Shown here piece by piece: positions 29,095 through 36,890 of a DNA stretch of 64,000 nucleotides. The DNA lies in IMG/VR virus record IMGVR_UViG_3300029288_000153, positions 10,002-74,001 of that record. One strand, given 5' to 3'. Below the pieces are notes generated by a model. It had not been told where the DNA came from. It saw only the letters and a list, made by a program, of their open reading frames with translations, and ran no database searches. The position numbers and the translations under genes were made by a program. Each line of letters opens with the position of its first letter. Position 1 is the first letter of the stretch. Origin of the DNA: a virus. Lineage: Duplodnaviria; Caudoviricetes.

Positions 29095-30134
29095 CGGTTG
29101 TTTATTCACCGATTGACGGTATTCGCGTTAACGAAAAAGGGGTGCTAGTAGAATCCAGTCGCACTAACTCAATTTTGCAGTCGCAGTCGCTCGCCACCTC
29201 TCCTTGGGGCGTTGCGCATGTTACTGTCGCTGATCCAACGGTGACCAATAATACCGTTGATGTACTAGCCCCTGACGGGACCCAGACGGCCACCAAGGTG
29301 ATTCTTCCGGCCGTGGCGGCTGGGGAGATGTCGTCGATACAACAGACGTTTACGGCTACGGCTACGGCATGGTCGGCTTCGATTTGGCTTCGGACCGCCA
29401 CCGGGACAGCAACGGTGTTTTTGCATCTCATTACAGGAGCAACGATCAAAACTGTGCAGTGCAATGTAACTAGTGATTGGACTAGGATCTCGCTCAACGC
29501 CCAGACCCTTACAGCTGCAACGTGGATCTACGAGCTAGGGGTTGATTGTGTAAACGGAGACGCGGAGCAACCGGCACAGACCGTTTACGCCTGGGGGGCC
29601 CAGTGTGAGCTAGGAGCATTTGCGTCGAGCTATATTTATACGGTGGCCGGGACACAAAATCGCCCAGCTGATATGGTATCTGTTGTGAACCCATTGTGTA
29701 ACTGCGATGATACTTGGATGATTGGCGGAACATTTACCCCGTACGTAGGATCTGCATGGAGTGCGGTCAGTTCTTCGACTATGTTGTGGGGCGTAAATGT
29801 TGGGACCGGCGCAAATACTGCGTACTTCTACCTCAACGGAACCAATTTGGCGTTTACGGTTCGCGACGTCAGCAATAATGCCAAAACTATTGCCGCTACT
29901 TTTAGCTGGACGACCGGCCAGATCACCAAACAGATATTTGCTAGTAACACCCGAGGGTTACTAGAGATATGGGTTGAAGGGGTGTCGGTGGGCAGTGTGT
30001 CCGGGACCGGAACGGGGATAATCAGTACCTGGCCATCTGCTATTGCGATCGGTCGCACGGGGACCGGTAGTCATTTTAATGGCTATGTGCGTGATTTCAA
30101 GATCGCACGACATGCGGATATAGCTAGGTTATAG
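29091..30134 (+). CDS. tail fibre / carbohydrate-binding module protein
   Basis: GVLVESSRTN...WGAQCELGAFASSYI...RPAD motif common in phage fibres, plus a LamG-like C-terminus; ATGA coupling at 29091. Confidence 0.65.
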   Translation: MTVVYSPIDGIRVNEKGVLVESSRTNSILQSQSLATSPWGVAHVTVADPTVTNNTVDVLAPDGTQTATKVILPAVAAGEMSSIQQTFTATATAWSASIWLRTATGTATVFLHLITGATIKTVQCNVTSDWTRISLNAQTLTAATWIYELGVDCVNGDAEQPAQTVYAWGAQCELGAFASSYIYTVAGTQNRPADMVSVVNPLCNCDDTWMIGGTFTPYVGSAWSAVSSSTMLWGVNVGTGANTAYFYLNGTNLAFTVRDVSNNAKTIAATFSWTTGQITKQIFASNTRGLLEIWVEGVSVGSVSGTGTGIISTWPSAIAIGRTGTGSHFNGYVRDFKIARHADIARL

Positions 30135-30197
30135 CTGTGAGCGTGATATTGTATATGTATGCGTTGAGTACCTAACCTTCCAACCGGCGGATCTGCG

Positions 30198-30803
30198 ATG
30201 AAAAAAATAACGGCAATTATCTTTAGTTTGTTTTTTGCGGTAGTCGCCCACGCCGTTGAGCCGGTGGTCGGCGTGATCCACGTAGAGTCGGAGTTTACTA
30301 GCGTGTTAGTATCGATGGTGGACTCGGAGCTAGCACAGGCCAAGGCCGCATCGGCAACGTCGTTGATAGTGTTGATCGACTCCCCCGGTGGAGGAATGGG
30401 GAGTATGCTCAAGGTCATCAAGGCGATATCTGATACGAAACTACCTACGGTATGTATTGTCGGCAACCAAGCAGCGTCGGCAGCGTTTGTCTTGTTGCAG
30501 TCGGAGGCCTGTACGGTTCGGATTGTTCGACCTTATTCTGTGTTGCTGGCGCATCTTGCTCGCTCGGCTGATGATACGCCGGCTAACGTCACAGAACTAG
30601 AGGAGAGGATCACGGATCTGAAACTATACGATCGGGTTATTGCGCTGCGGGTTTGTGGCCGAATAGGGATGACCCCAGATGAATATCTCAGCAAACTACA
30701 AAACGGCGATTGGGTCTCGTTGGGTGAGGATGCGGTGGCTAATCATCTAGCAGATAAGGTTATCCCCGGTGGCGTTGTGGTACAGATTGGGCCTCGATCG
30801 TAA
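30198..30803 (+). CDS. ClpP/crotonase-fold serine peptidase with Sec signal peptide
   Basis: MKKITAIIFSLFFAVVAHA signal; LIDSPGG, AASAAF (Ser), LLAH (His), GDW..EDAV..LADKV. Confidence 0.75.
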   Translation: MKKITAIIFSLFFAVVAHAVEPVVGVIHVESEFTSVLVSMVDSELAQAKAASATSLIVLIDSPGGGMGSMLKVIKAISDTKLPTVCIVGNQAASAAFVLLQSEACTVRIVRPYSVLLAHLARSADDTPANVTELEERITDLKLYDRVIALRVCGRIGMTPDEYLSKLQNGDWVSLGEDAVANHLADKVIPGGVVVQIGPRS

Positions 30804-30837
30804 TAGTAGATGTAGGGATCGACGAAGAGGAGGCGAT

Positions 30838-31041
30838 ATGGCGTTAGGACGGAAGTCGCAATACGCACTCACGGCGGCCTGGTTGCTCACGATGGGGTGG
30901 CTCTTGCAGGCTGCCTTGGTGGCCCTGCAGGATCAGTTTGGCACCTGGATGGCGGCCATATTGGCCATCTACGGCGGCCTGGTAGGAGCACACACGGCCA
31001 CTGACATGAAAAACGGTGCCCGACAGGACCCCACCAACTAG
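30838..31041 (+). CDS. small two-TM membrane protein, possible holin
   Basis: GAGGAGG RBS before ATG 30838; two hydrophobic helices and a charged C-terminus. Confidence 0.5.
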   Translation: MALGRKSQYALTAAWLLTMGWLLQAALVALQDQFGTWMAAILAIYGGLVGAHTATDMKNGARQDPTN

Positions 31042-31067
31042 ATTGTACGCCGCTGTGTTGTTGTGTT

Positions 31068-31832
31068 ATGGTATCTAAGGTACCGTGCGACGATATATTC
31101 AGTATCAGTAGAGGGGGTCCGGTGATTCGGATTAAGAGGTTGCCCCCCACGACAAAACAACTAGTTGACGATGGGTCTCTCGGGTATGTTCGTGTGGAAG
31201 ATGCGACAGGGCTAGCGCAGGGTGCTCAAGTCACGTTGAGTGCCGGTGTTTTGTCGGCGTCTGGTCTGAAAATTGTCGAGTTCAAGGGGGTGGCTGGACA
31301 ACCTAATGTAGAGATCCGGATTGTTGATCCGGTGACTGGCAGTGACTTCGACGCCTCAGCGTACACGACCGCATTGCAATCTGAGTTATTCGTCCCCGAG
31401 CAGACCTTGTGGTATGGGTTAGGTGATGAGGTGTACTCGGACGATGACGTGGCTGCGGTGTTTCGTGCTATACTACCTGCTGGCCCAGGTGTAGCCAGTA
31501 ACGTTGCGATCACCAACTTCCCTCCTCAACAACATGTTATTGTCGATGCCGGCGGTTCGTCTGTGGCTACGCCAAGTACAGTGATGGTATCGACCTCGGC
31601 GGTAACCTTGTTGCCTACGAACCTGCAGCGGCGAGGTGCGAGTATCTACAATGATAGTACAGGTACGTTGTATATTCAGGTGGGGGGTGAGGCGCCCGGC
31701 CCGCTATCTTTTGCTGCGAAGTTGTTCCAGGATGATTATTTTACTAGTGAATTTGACTATACGGGAATCATCCGGGGCATATGGAGTGGTGGTGAAGGCG
31801 AAGCTAAGATCGTGGAGTATAATCGGCCATGA
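31068..31832 (+). CDS. putative virion protein (paralogue of 27622-28305 plus a C-terminal beta domain)
   Basis: See paralogy above; C-terminal RRGASIYNDS..TLYI...YTGIIRGIW. Confidence 0.65.
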   Translation: MVSKVPCDDIFSISRGGPVIRIKRLPPTTKQLVDDGSLGYVRVEDATGLAQGAQVTLSAGVLSASGLKIVEFKGVAGQPNVEIRIVDPVTGSDFDASAYTTALQSELFVPEQTLWYGLGDEVYSDDDVAAVFRAILPAGPGVASNVAITNFPPQQHVIVDAGGSSVATPSTVMVSTSAVTLLPTNLQRRGASIYNDSTGTLYIQVGGEAPGPLSFAAKLFQDDYFTSEFDYTGIIRGIWSGGEGEAKIVEYNRP

Positions 31833-32050
31833 CCTTATTGGAGCAGTGGTGTATTCCTGTACGTTGTGGTCAATGTGGGGCGGTGGCCAGAATCAAGGCG
31901 TCAAATGTGGTGCGTTGGGATGATAGTTATCGGTGGAGATGTGTTGGGTGTCGGGGTTGGGGGGCGGTGGTCGTGCGTATACCGCTTTGTGTGCGGAGGG
32001 CGGCCAAGTCGCTGTCGATATGGCAGAGAATTAGGCGCCTATGGGGTTAG
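31829..32050 (+). CDS. small zinc-finger protein
   Basis: CGQC...CVGC; ATGA-coupled. Confidence 0.45.
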   Translation: MTLLEQWCIPVRCGQCGAVARIKASNVVRWDDSYRWRCVGCRGWGAVVVRIPLCVRRAAKSLSIWQRIRRLWG

Positions 32051-32429
32051 TTCGGTCGAATAGATTCAAAAACTTGGATCTAACCATCCCTGTGACCTGT
32101 GAGCTAGGGTGCGTGGTAGGGGATGTAGTGTATATGGTGGATTCTCGTATCGTTGCCCGAGTTGACCCTTTGTTGTACGCTAAGATGCCGGCCGCGGGGG
32201 TGATGATTGCGGTAAGCGGTGTCGATGGGGTGTTGGCCACCGGTGGGGTGATATATGGCATTTACAGCGGTTTGATCCCCGGGGGGTGTATTATGCGGGA
32301 GTAAATCACCGTCCTGTCTTGCTATCGACCCTCCAGGAGAGCCAGCGTCCGTTTTGCCAGCAATTGGGGGTGGCGGTGGCAGAAGATTCCTTGGGTATAC
32401 TTCTAGGAGTGTCGATTTCAAGGTTATGA
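32041..32429 (+). pseudogene. head-fibre/cement-like protein split by a -1 frameshift at C4G6 (32277-32286)
   Basis: Frame 0 stops at 32304. The -1 frame continues GVYYAGVNHRPVLLSTL...QLGVAVAEDSLGILL, which aligns with paralogue 32790-33341 (PYYLGHAGDPVLATAL...KVGYAKNATDLYIKI). Confidence 0.65.
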
Positions 32430-32472
32430 CGAGATGCAATCTACGATGTAGCTACCCGTACCTCAACGGAGT

Positions 32473-32787
32473 GTGACCATGAAGCGCCGGCTATCAAATA
32501 TTGATCGGTTAAGTGTTCTGCGGTGCGACGCCGAAATTCGTGCGGTCAACGCCAAGCGGGCTTTAGTGGTTCATTCGTTGACTCAGTACTTAAGGGACAT
32601 CGACCCCAACGGAGTAGTTAAAGGGATGGAGACCGAGTTGGCGTCTTTGCTAACAGAGAAGGAGAGGTGGCAAGGGGAATACAAGGCGGTATTGGAGAGG
32701 GTGCTTGTAAAAACTGGAATAAATCTAACGAGCTACACCTTTGATGATTGTACTGGGGAGCTTAGCTCAATGACGGAGGAAAGGTAA
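32473..32787 (+). CDS. hypothetical coiled-coil protein
   Basis: 104 aa in the structural block. Confidence 0.6.
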   Translation: MTMKRRLSNIDRLSVLRCDAEIRAVNAKRALVVHSLTQYLRDIDPNGVVKGMETELASLLTEKERWQGEYKAVLERVLVKTGINLTSYTFDDCTGELSSMTEER

Positions 32788-32789
32788 TT

Positions 32790-33341
32790 ATGGCGACTAG
32801 AAAATTTCTGTGGCAGAACCTCGGCGATGGCTCGGGTTTTGTTTATTCCGAGGATGGGCTCACTGCGGCCGATGAGGTGGACGTGCAGGGGGCGGGAATT
32901 ATTAATCTCAGGGCTCCTGTGGCCGACCAGGATGCGGCCACAAAAAAATATGTAGACGATTTGGTCGACGAAAACATGCAGTCGGCCGTTCAGCTTGATG
33001 TCGAGCTGACTGCCGCTGGCGCGGTGCCCGCTAAGAAGATCGTGTATTTTAGTGACAACGATGCGGTCAGCGTCGCAGATAGCAGTGACGCAGCTAAGGT
33101 GGGGGCGATCGGTTTCGCTTTGGCTGCTATCGCCGATACGGAAACGGGGACCATCCGACAGGCGGGGGTCGTTGAGGGGGTGTTGACGGGCGCCACTGCG
33201 GGTAGGCCTTATTACCTAGGCCACGCCGGGGACCCAGTACTAGCCACCGCCCTGGCCAACGGCGATAGGATCATTAAGGTTGGATACGCCAAGAACGCCA
33301 CCGATCTATATATCAAGATCGACGACGTTGGGAAGAAGTAA
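32790..33341 (+). CDS. head-fibre/cement-like virion protein
   Basis: PVADQDAATKKYVDD, then IVYF..AVSVAD..AIGFA..GVVEG..PYYL..VGYA. Confidence 0.65.
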   Translation: MATRKFLWQNLGDGSGFVYSEDGLTAADEVDVQGAGIINLRAPVADQDAATKKYVDDLVDENMQSAVQLDVELTAAGAVPAKKIVYFSDNDAVSVADSSDAAKVGAIGFALAAIADTETGTIRQAGVVEGVLTGATAGRPYYLGHAGDPVLATALANGDRIIKVGYAKNATDLYIKIDDVGKK

Positions 33342-33346
33342 TAGCA

Positions 33347-33952
33347 ATGGCGCTCTACCGGCCGCTCCGACTGGACGGGGGTGACGACGCCTTGGCGGAG
33401 TATCCGGTTCCTATTAACCCTGCGGCGGATCAAATCGCCGCCGCAGGGTTTTATCCACAGTACGGTACTGGATTTGATTTGAGCGCGGGGGTTACCCGGG
33501 ATTTTACTGGTCGTCTGATGTTGGGCGACGATTTAACAGGCAATTGGCCCTTGCTGAACCTGTTGCAGTTGACGTCCTTCGCTGAAGTGACCTCGGATGT
33601 TTCGACCTCGTCTGTCGACTGGGTCGATTTGCTGACCGTCAATATTAAGACAGTGGTCAATCAAAACGTCTACTTATTGGCCGTGGCGACGTTTGGAATG
33701 GACGCGGCCAATAAGATGACGTACTTTAGGGTGTTGTTTGATGGGCGAGTCTGTCGTGGTGCGGGGGCCAGGTATCCCGGTACCCCCGCAACCACAGTGT
33801 CTATTTTAAGTCAAGTCGTACACCCCCGTGCCGACGCTCATACTGTCACCTTGCAGTGGAAGGTGGGGTCAAGTAAAGCTCGTATACGGCCCGTAACCAT
33901 CCCCGATGCCGAGAGTTGTTCGTTGCTGGCGTTGGCTGTTGGGTCGCTGTGA
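33347..33952 (+). CDS. putative virion/fibre protein
   Basis: Beta-rich 201 aa in the structural block. Confidence 0.6.
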   Translation: MALYRPLRLDGGDDALAEYPVPINPAADQIAAAGFYPQYGTGFDLSAGVTRDFTGRLMLGDDLTGNWPLLNLLQLTSFAEVTSDVSTSSVDWVDLLTVNIKTVVNQNVYLLAVATFGMDAANKMTYFRVLFDGRVCRGAGARYPGTPATTVSILSQVVHPRADAHTVTLQWKVGSSKARIRPVTIPDAESCSLLALAVGSL

Positions 33953-33998
33953 TTTGTGGTATGTGTTCTAGCGGCAATCTAACTACAGGCGTGTCGCG

Positions 33999-36890
33999 TT
34001 GGTATCTGCGAGGTCATCGATGAGCTTGGTTATATATGGGGTTATCGGTAGTGAGGCGATTGATTCTTCGTCCGAGATGTTGTCGGTCAAGGGGTGTGAT
34101 ATCTCCACCCTTGCTCAAAGCGGTGTGCTAAATTACGAGCACGTTGGCAATGAGGACGGGTCGTTTAATTCTATAATCGGTAAATGTATCAAAGCAAAGA
34201 AGATTTATTCGTCCTCTGATTGTGAGGACAGCAACGAAGAAAAATGTTGGGCGGCCACCGGAGTGCCTTTTATTTATGGGGTGTTTCGTCTTTTTGATGG
34301 TGCTGGCCATCCCAATGCGGTAGCGGCTGCTGCGATAATGAGAGATCAGGCGGCTCATGGCGAGGATCAAATCCTACGTCTGAGTATTGAAGGCAACACC
34401 TTAGAGTCTAAGGACGGGGTCTTGGTTTCCACGATTGCCAAAAACGTGGCTTTGACTAAGGCTCCGTGTAACAAGACCGCCATTACGGGGATTGTCGGCG
34501 ACCCTCAAAAGGAAATGTCGGAGGACGGTGATCTATCTGATATTCTAGCTACCAAAAAAGGTGGAGATCTCAATATCCGGTTGTCGTCGGTCCCTTTTAT
34601 TTATGCGCCGTACGAAGAACCTCTTGATGCGATCGATGCCTTTGTTGTGAACGCCAAAAGGGTAATTGAGTTGGCGAAAGCCATGACGGCCGGTGGGGAC
34701 AATGTAGCTCCCTCTTCGTTGACGGGCGGTAGCGCTCTGATGCGCGAGGACCTTGGCGGCGACCAACGGAAGCGTCTGATTGCTGTTTGCAAGGCCGCTC
34801 TACGAGATCACAACCCTATGGTACATGGGCCATTTAGGCGGTTTTTGAAAAGTTTATTGCCAGAAGTCAGTGATGAGTTTTTGGATAGATTTCAGGAGGT
34901 TGCTGACGATCTCGATGTCAAGGCTAAGCTAAATTATTTACGCAAGGACGAGGGCGATCTGTCCGTTGAGAAGATGTTGAACGCGGCCAAAGATGATGCC
35001 TATGTCCGTCGAGATCTAGCTCGACACCCCAAGTTGCCGCCGGAGCTAATGCCTCAATTGGCGCAGGACAAAGACGAAGGTGTCCGTCGATACCTAGCCC
35101 TACACCCCCAGTTGCCGCCGGCAGCGATGTCTCAATTGGCGCAGGATTCAAGCGAATATGTCCGTCGAAATCTAGCCCAACACCCCAAGTTGCCGCCGGA
35201 GCTAATGCCTCAATTGGCACATGATGAAGACAAATATGTTCGCCAAAATCTAGCTGGACATCCCCAGTTGTCGCCGGAAGCGATGTCTCGGTTGGCACAT
35301 GATGAAGACAAATATGTTCGCCAAAATCTAGGTGGACATCCCCAGTTGCCTCCAGAGCTGATGTCTCGGTTGGCGCAGGACAAAGACGAAGGTGTCCGTC
35401 GAAATCTAGGTCGACATCCCCAGTTGCCTCCGGCAGCGATGTCTCAATTGGCGCAGGACAAAGACGAATATGTTCGCCAAAATCTAGCCAAACACCCCCA
35501 GTTGCCTCCAGAGCTGATGCCTCGGTTGGCGCAGGACAAAGACGAAGGTGTCCGTCGAAACCTAGCTCGACACCCCAAGTTGCCGCCGGCAGCGATGTCT
35601 CAATTGGCGCAGGATTCAGACGAAGGTGTCCGTCGATACCTAGCCCTACACCCCCAGTTGCCTCCAGAGCTGATGTCTCGGTTGGCACAGGATTCAAGCG
35701 AATATGTCCGTCGAAATCTAGCCCAACACCCCCAGTTGCCGCCGGAGCTGATGCCTCAATTGACGCAGGACAAAGACGAAGGTGTCCGTCAATACCTAGC
35801 TCGACACCCCCAGTTGTCGCCGGAAGCGATGTCTCGGTTGGCACATGATGAAGACAAATATGTTCGACAAAATTTAGCTGAGCACCCAAACCTGTCGCCG
35901 GAAGCGATGTCTCGGTTGGCGCAAGACGAAAACGAAGATGTTCGCCAGTGGGTGTTTGAGTGGCATAATCCCGACCAATTAACCAAAGAGCACGTGAACG
36001 TCAAATACAATACCACCAAGCTCCGTAAGATTCGTGATCACATTTTGGCTCAGGGGAAGACTGAGATGTCTCCCAAAGACCTCCCTCCGGGGGACTGGAG
36101 TGTGGGGCGTGTGTCTTCGGGAAACATCTCAGCACAGAAGATCCAAGAACACATCGACCGGATGTCTGCGACTAGGTTTACTATCAGTCATGGCACCTGG
36201 GCAGGTGCCCAACGGCACTCTGGGGAGTCGTCCAAGGTTTTCCAAGTCGGGTTGTCGACTGACACTATCCAGAAACTGAAGGCCGCCGGTGTCTATGGGT
36301 CGTTCCGGAAGATCTATGACGAAAACGTAACCGACGCCCATCCCCATGGGCCGTCGGGAATCGGGTGGGTTAGGTGGACGGGCGATCAAAAGGGTGTTCA
36401 CATCGACGAGGTACAGTCTGATATCGGCCGGCAATTCGGCAAATACAAAGAAGCCTCTTCGGATAAGCAACCCCTTGTTCCCGACGAACACCGCCAGAAG
36501 ATCAAGGCGATTGTTTTCAGTGACCGACACCCCAACGAGGTGCTACACGAAGCCTTTCAACAACACTTACGTGACCGAGGGTGGATAGACACGCCGGTAC
36601 ACACATGGACACCCGAAACCAAAGCGCCCCTGTCCTCTTTGGATGCCAATAAACCGATCCCCGGTCACATGCAAGTAACATACCGGGATATCCCAAAGAA
36701 GATGGGCTGGGAGGAAGGGCGGTATGGTTCGTTGCCGACGCAGAAAAACAAAAAGCTAAAGGATAGTACGACCGTCGGTGACGCGGTGAGAAAAGCGGAG
36801 GAGCAGGTCGTAGGGGTGAACTGGCCTGATGTTTTTGTAAACGTGTCTGCATCAGAAATAATACGAAACGCGAGTATCCGTTATGGATAA
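33999..36890 (+). CDS. prohead (capsid maturation) protease fused to LRV repeats and a C-terminal DEVQSD domain
   Basis: N-terminal D-x-x-x-E, LNYEH (His), IIG, LSIEG (Ser at 34383), NVALTKAPCNKTA matches SPO1/Twort-type prohead proteases. Twelve 26-aa repeats follow. Confidence 0.85.
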   Translation: MVSARSSMSLVIYGVIGSEAIDSSSEMLSVKGCDISTLAQSGVLNYEHVGNEDGSFNSIIGKCIKAKKIYSSSDCEDSNEEKCWAATGVPFIYGVFRLFDGAGHPNAVAAAAIMRDQAAHGEDQILRLSIEGNTLESKDGVLVSTIAKNVALTKAPCNKTAITGIVGDPQKEMSEDGDLSDILATKKGGDLNIRLSSVPFIYAPYEEPLDAIDAFVVNAKRVIELAKAMTAGGDNVAPSSLTGGSALMREDLGGDQRKRLIAVCKAALRDHNPMVHGPFRRFLKSLLPEVSDEFLDRFQEVADDLDVKAKLNYLRKDEGDLSVEKMLNAAKDDAYVRRDLARHPKLPPELMPQLAQDKDEGVRRYLALHPQLPPAAMSQLAQDSSEYVRRNLAQHPKLPPELMPQLAHDEDKYVRQNLAGHPQLSPEAMSRLAHDEDKYVRQNLGGHPQLPPELMSRLAQDKDEGVRRNLGRHPQLPPAAMSQLAQDKDEYVRQNLAKHPQLPPELMPRLAQDKDEGVRRNLARHPKLPPAAMSQLAQDSDEGVRRYLALHPQLPPELMSRLAQDSSEYVRRNLAQHPQLPPELMPQLTQDKDEGVRQYLARHPQLSPEAMSRLAHDEDKYVRQNLAEHPNLSPEAMSRLAQDENEDVRQWVFEWHNPDQLTKEHVNVKYNTTKLRKIRDHILAQGKTEMSPKDLPPGDWSVGRVSSGNISAQKIQEHIDRMSATRFTISHGTWAGAQRHSGESSKVFQVGLSTDTIQKLKAAGVYGSFRKIYDENVTDAHPHGPSGIGWVRWTGDQKGVHIDEVQSDIGRQFGKYKEASSDKQPLVPDEHRQKIKAIVFSDRHPNEVLHEAFQQHLRDRGWIDTPVHTWTPETKAPLSSLDANKPIPGHMQVTYRDIPKKMGWEEGRYGSLPTQKNKKLKDSTTVGDAVRKAEEQVVGVNWPDVFVNVSASEIIRNASIRYG
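35004..35939 (+). repeat. 12 tandem 78-bp coding repeats (LRV/HEAT-like, VRxxLAxHPxLPPxxMxxLAxDxDxx)
   Basis: Counted directly from the translation and DNA. Confidence 0.92.

Noticed and set aside
29073-29120. Programmed frameshift joining 28315-29094 and 29091-30134
   Set aside because: There is no slippery heptamer, and the ATGA overlap explains the junction as ordinary translational coupling.
34924-35889. 321-aa antisense ORF (also 63154-63819, 55297-55611, 19438-20109, 5024-5497, 54328-54966 and similar)
   Set aside because: These are shadow frames of repetitive or well-supported genes on the opposite strand, with no RBS, promoter or motif support.
35004-35939. 78-bp tandem repeats as a CRISPR array
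   Set aside because: The units are contiguous, in-frame coding repeats with no unique spacers.
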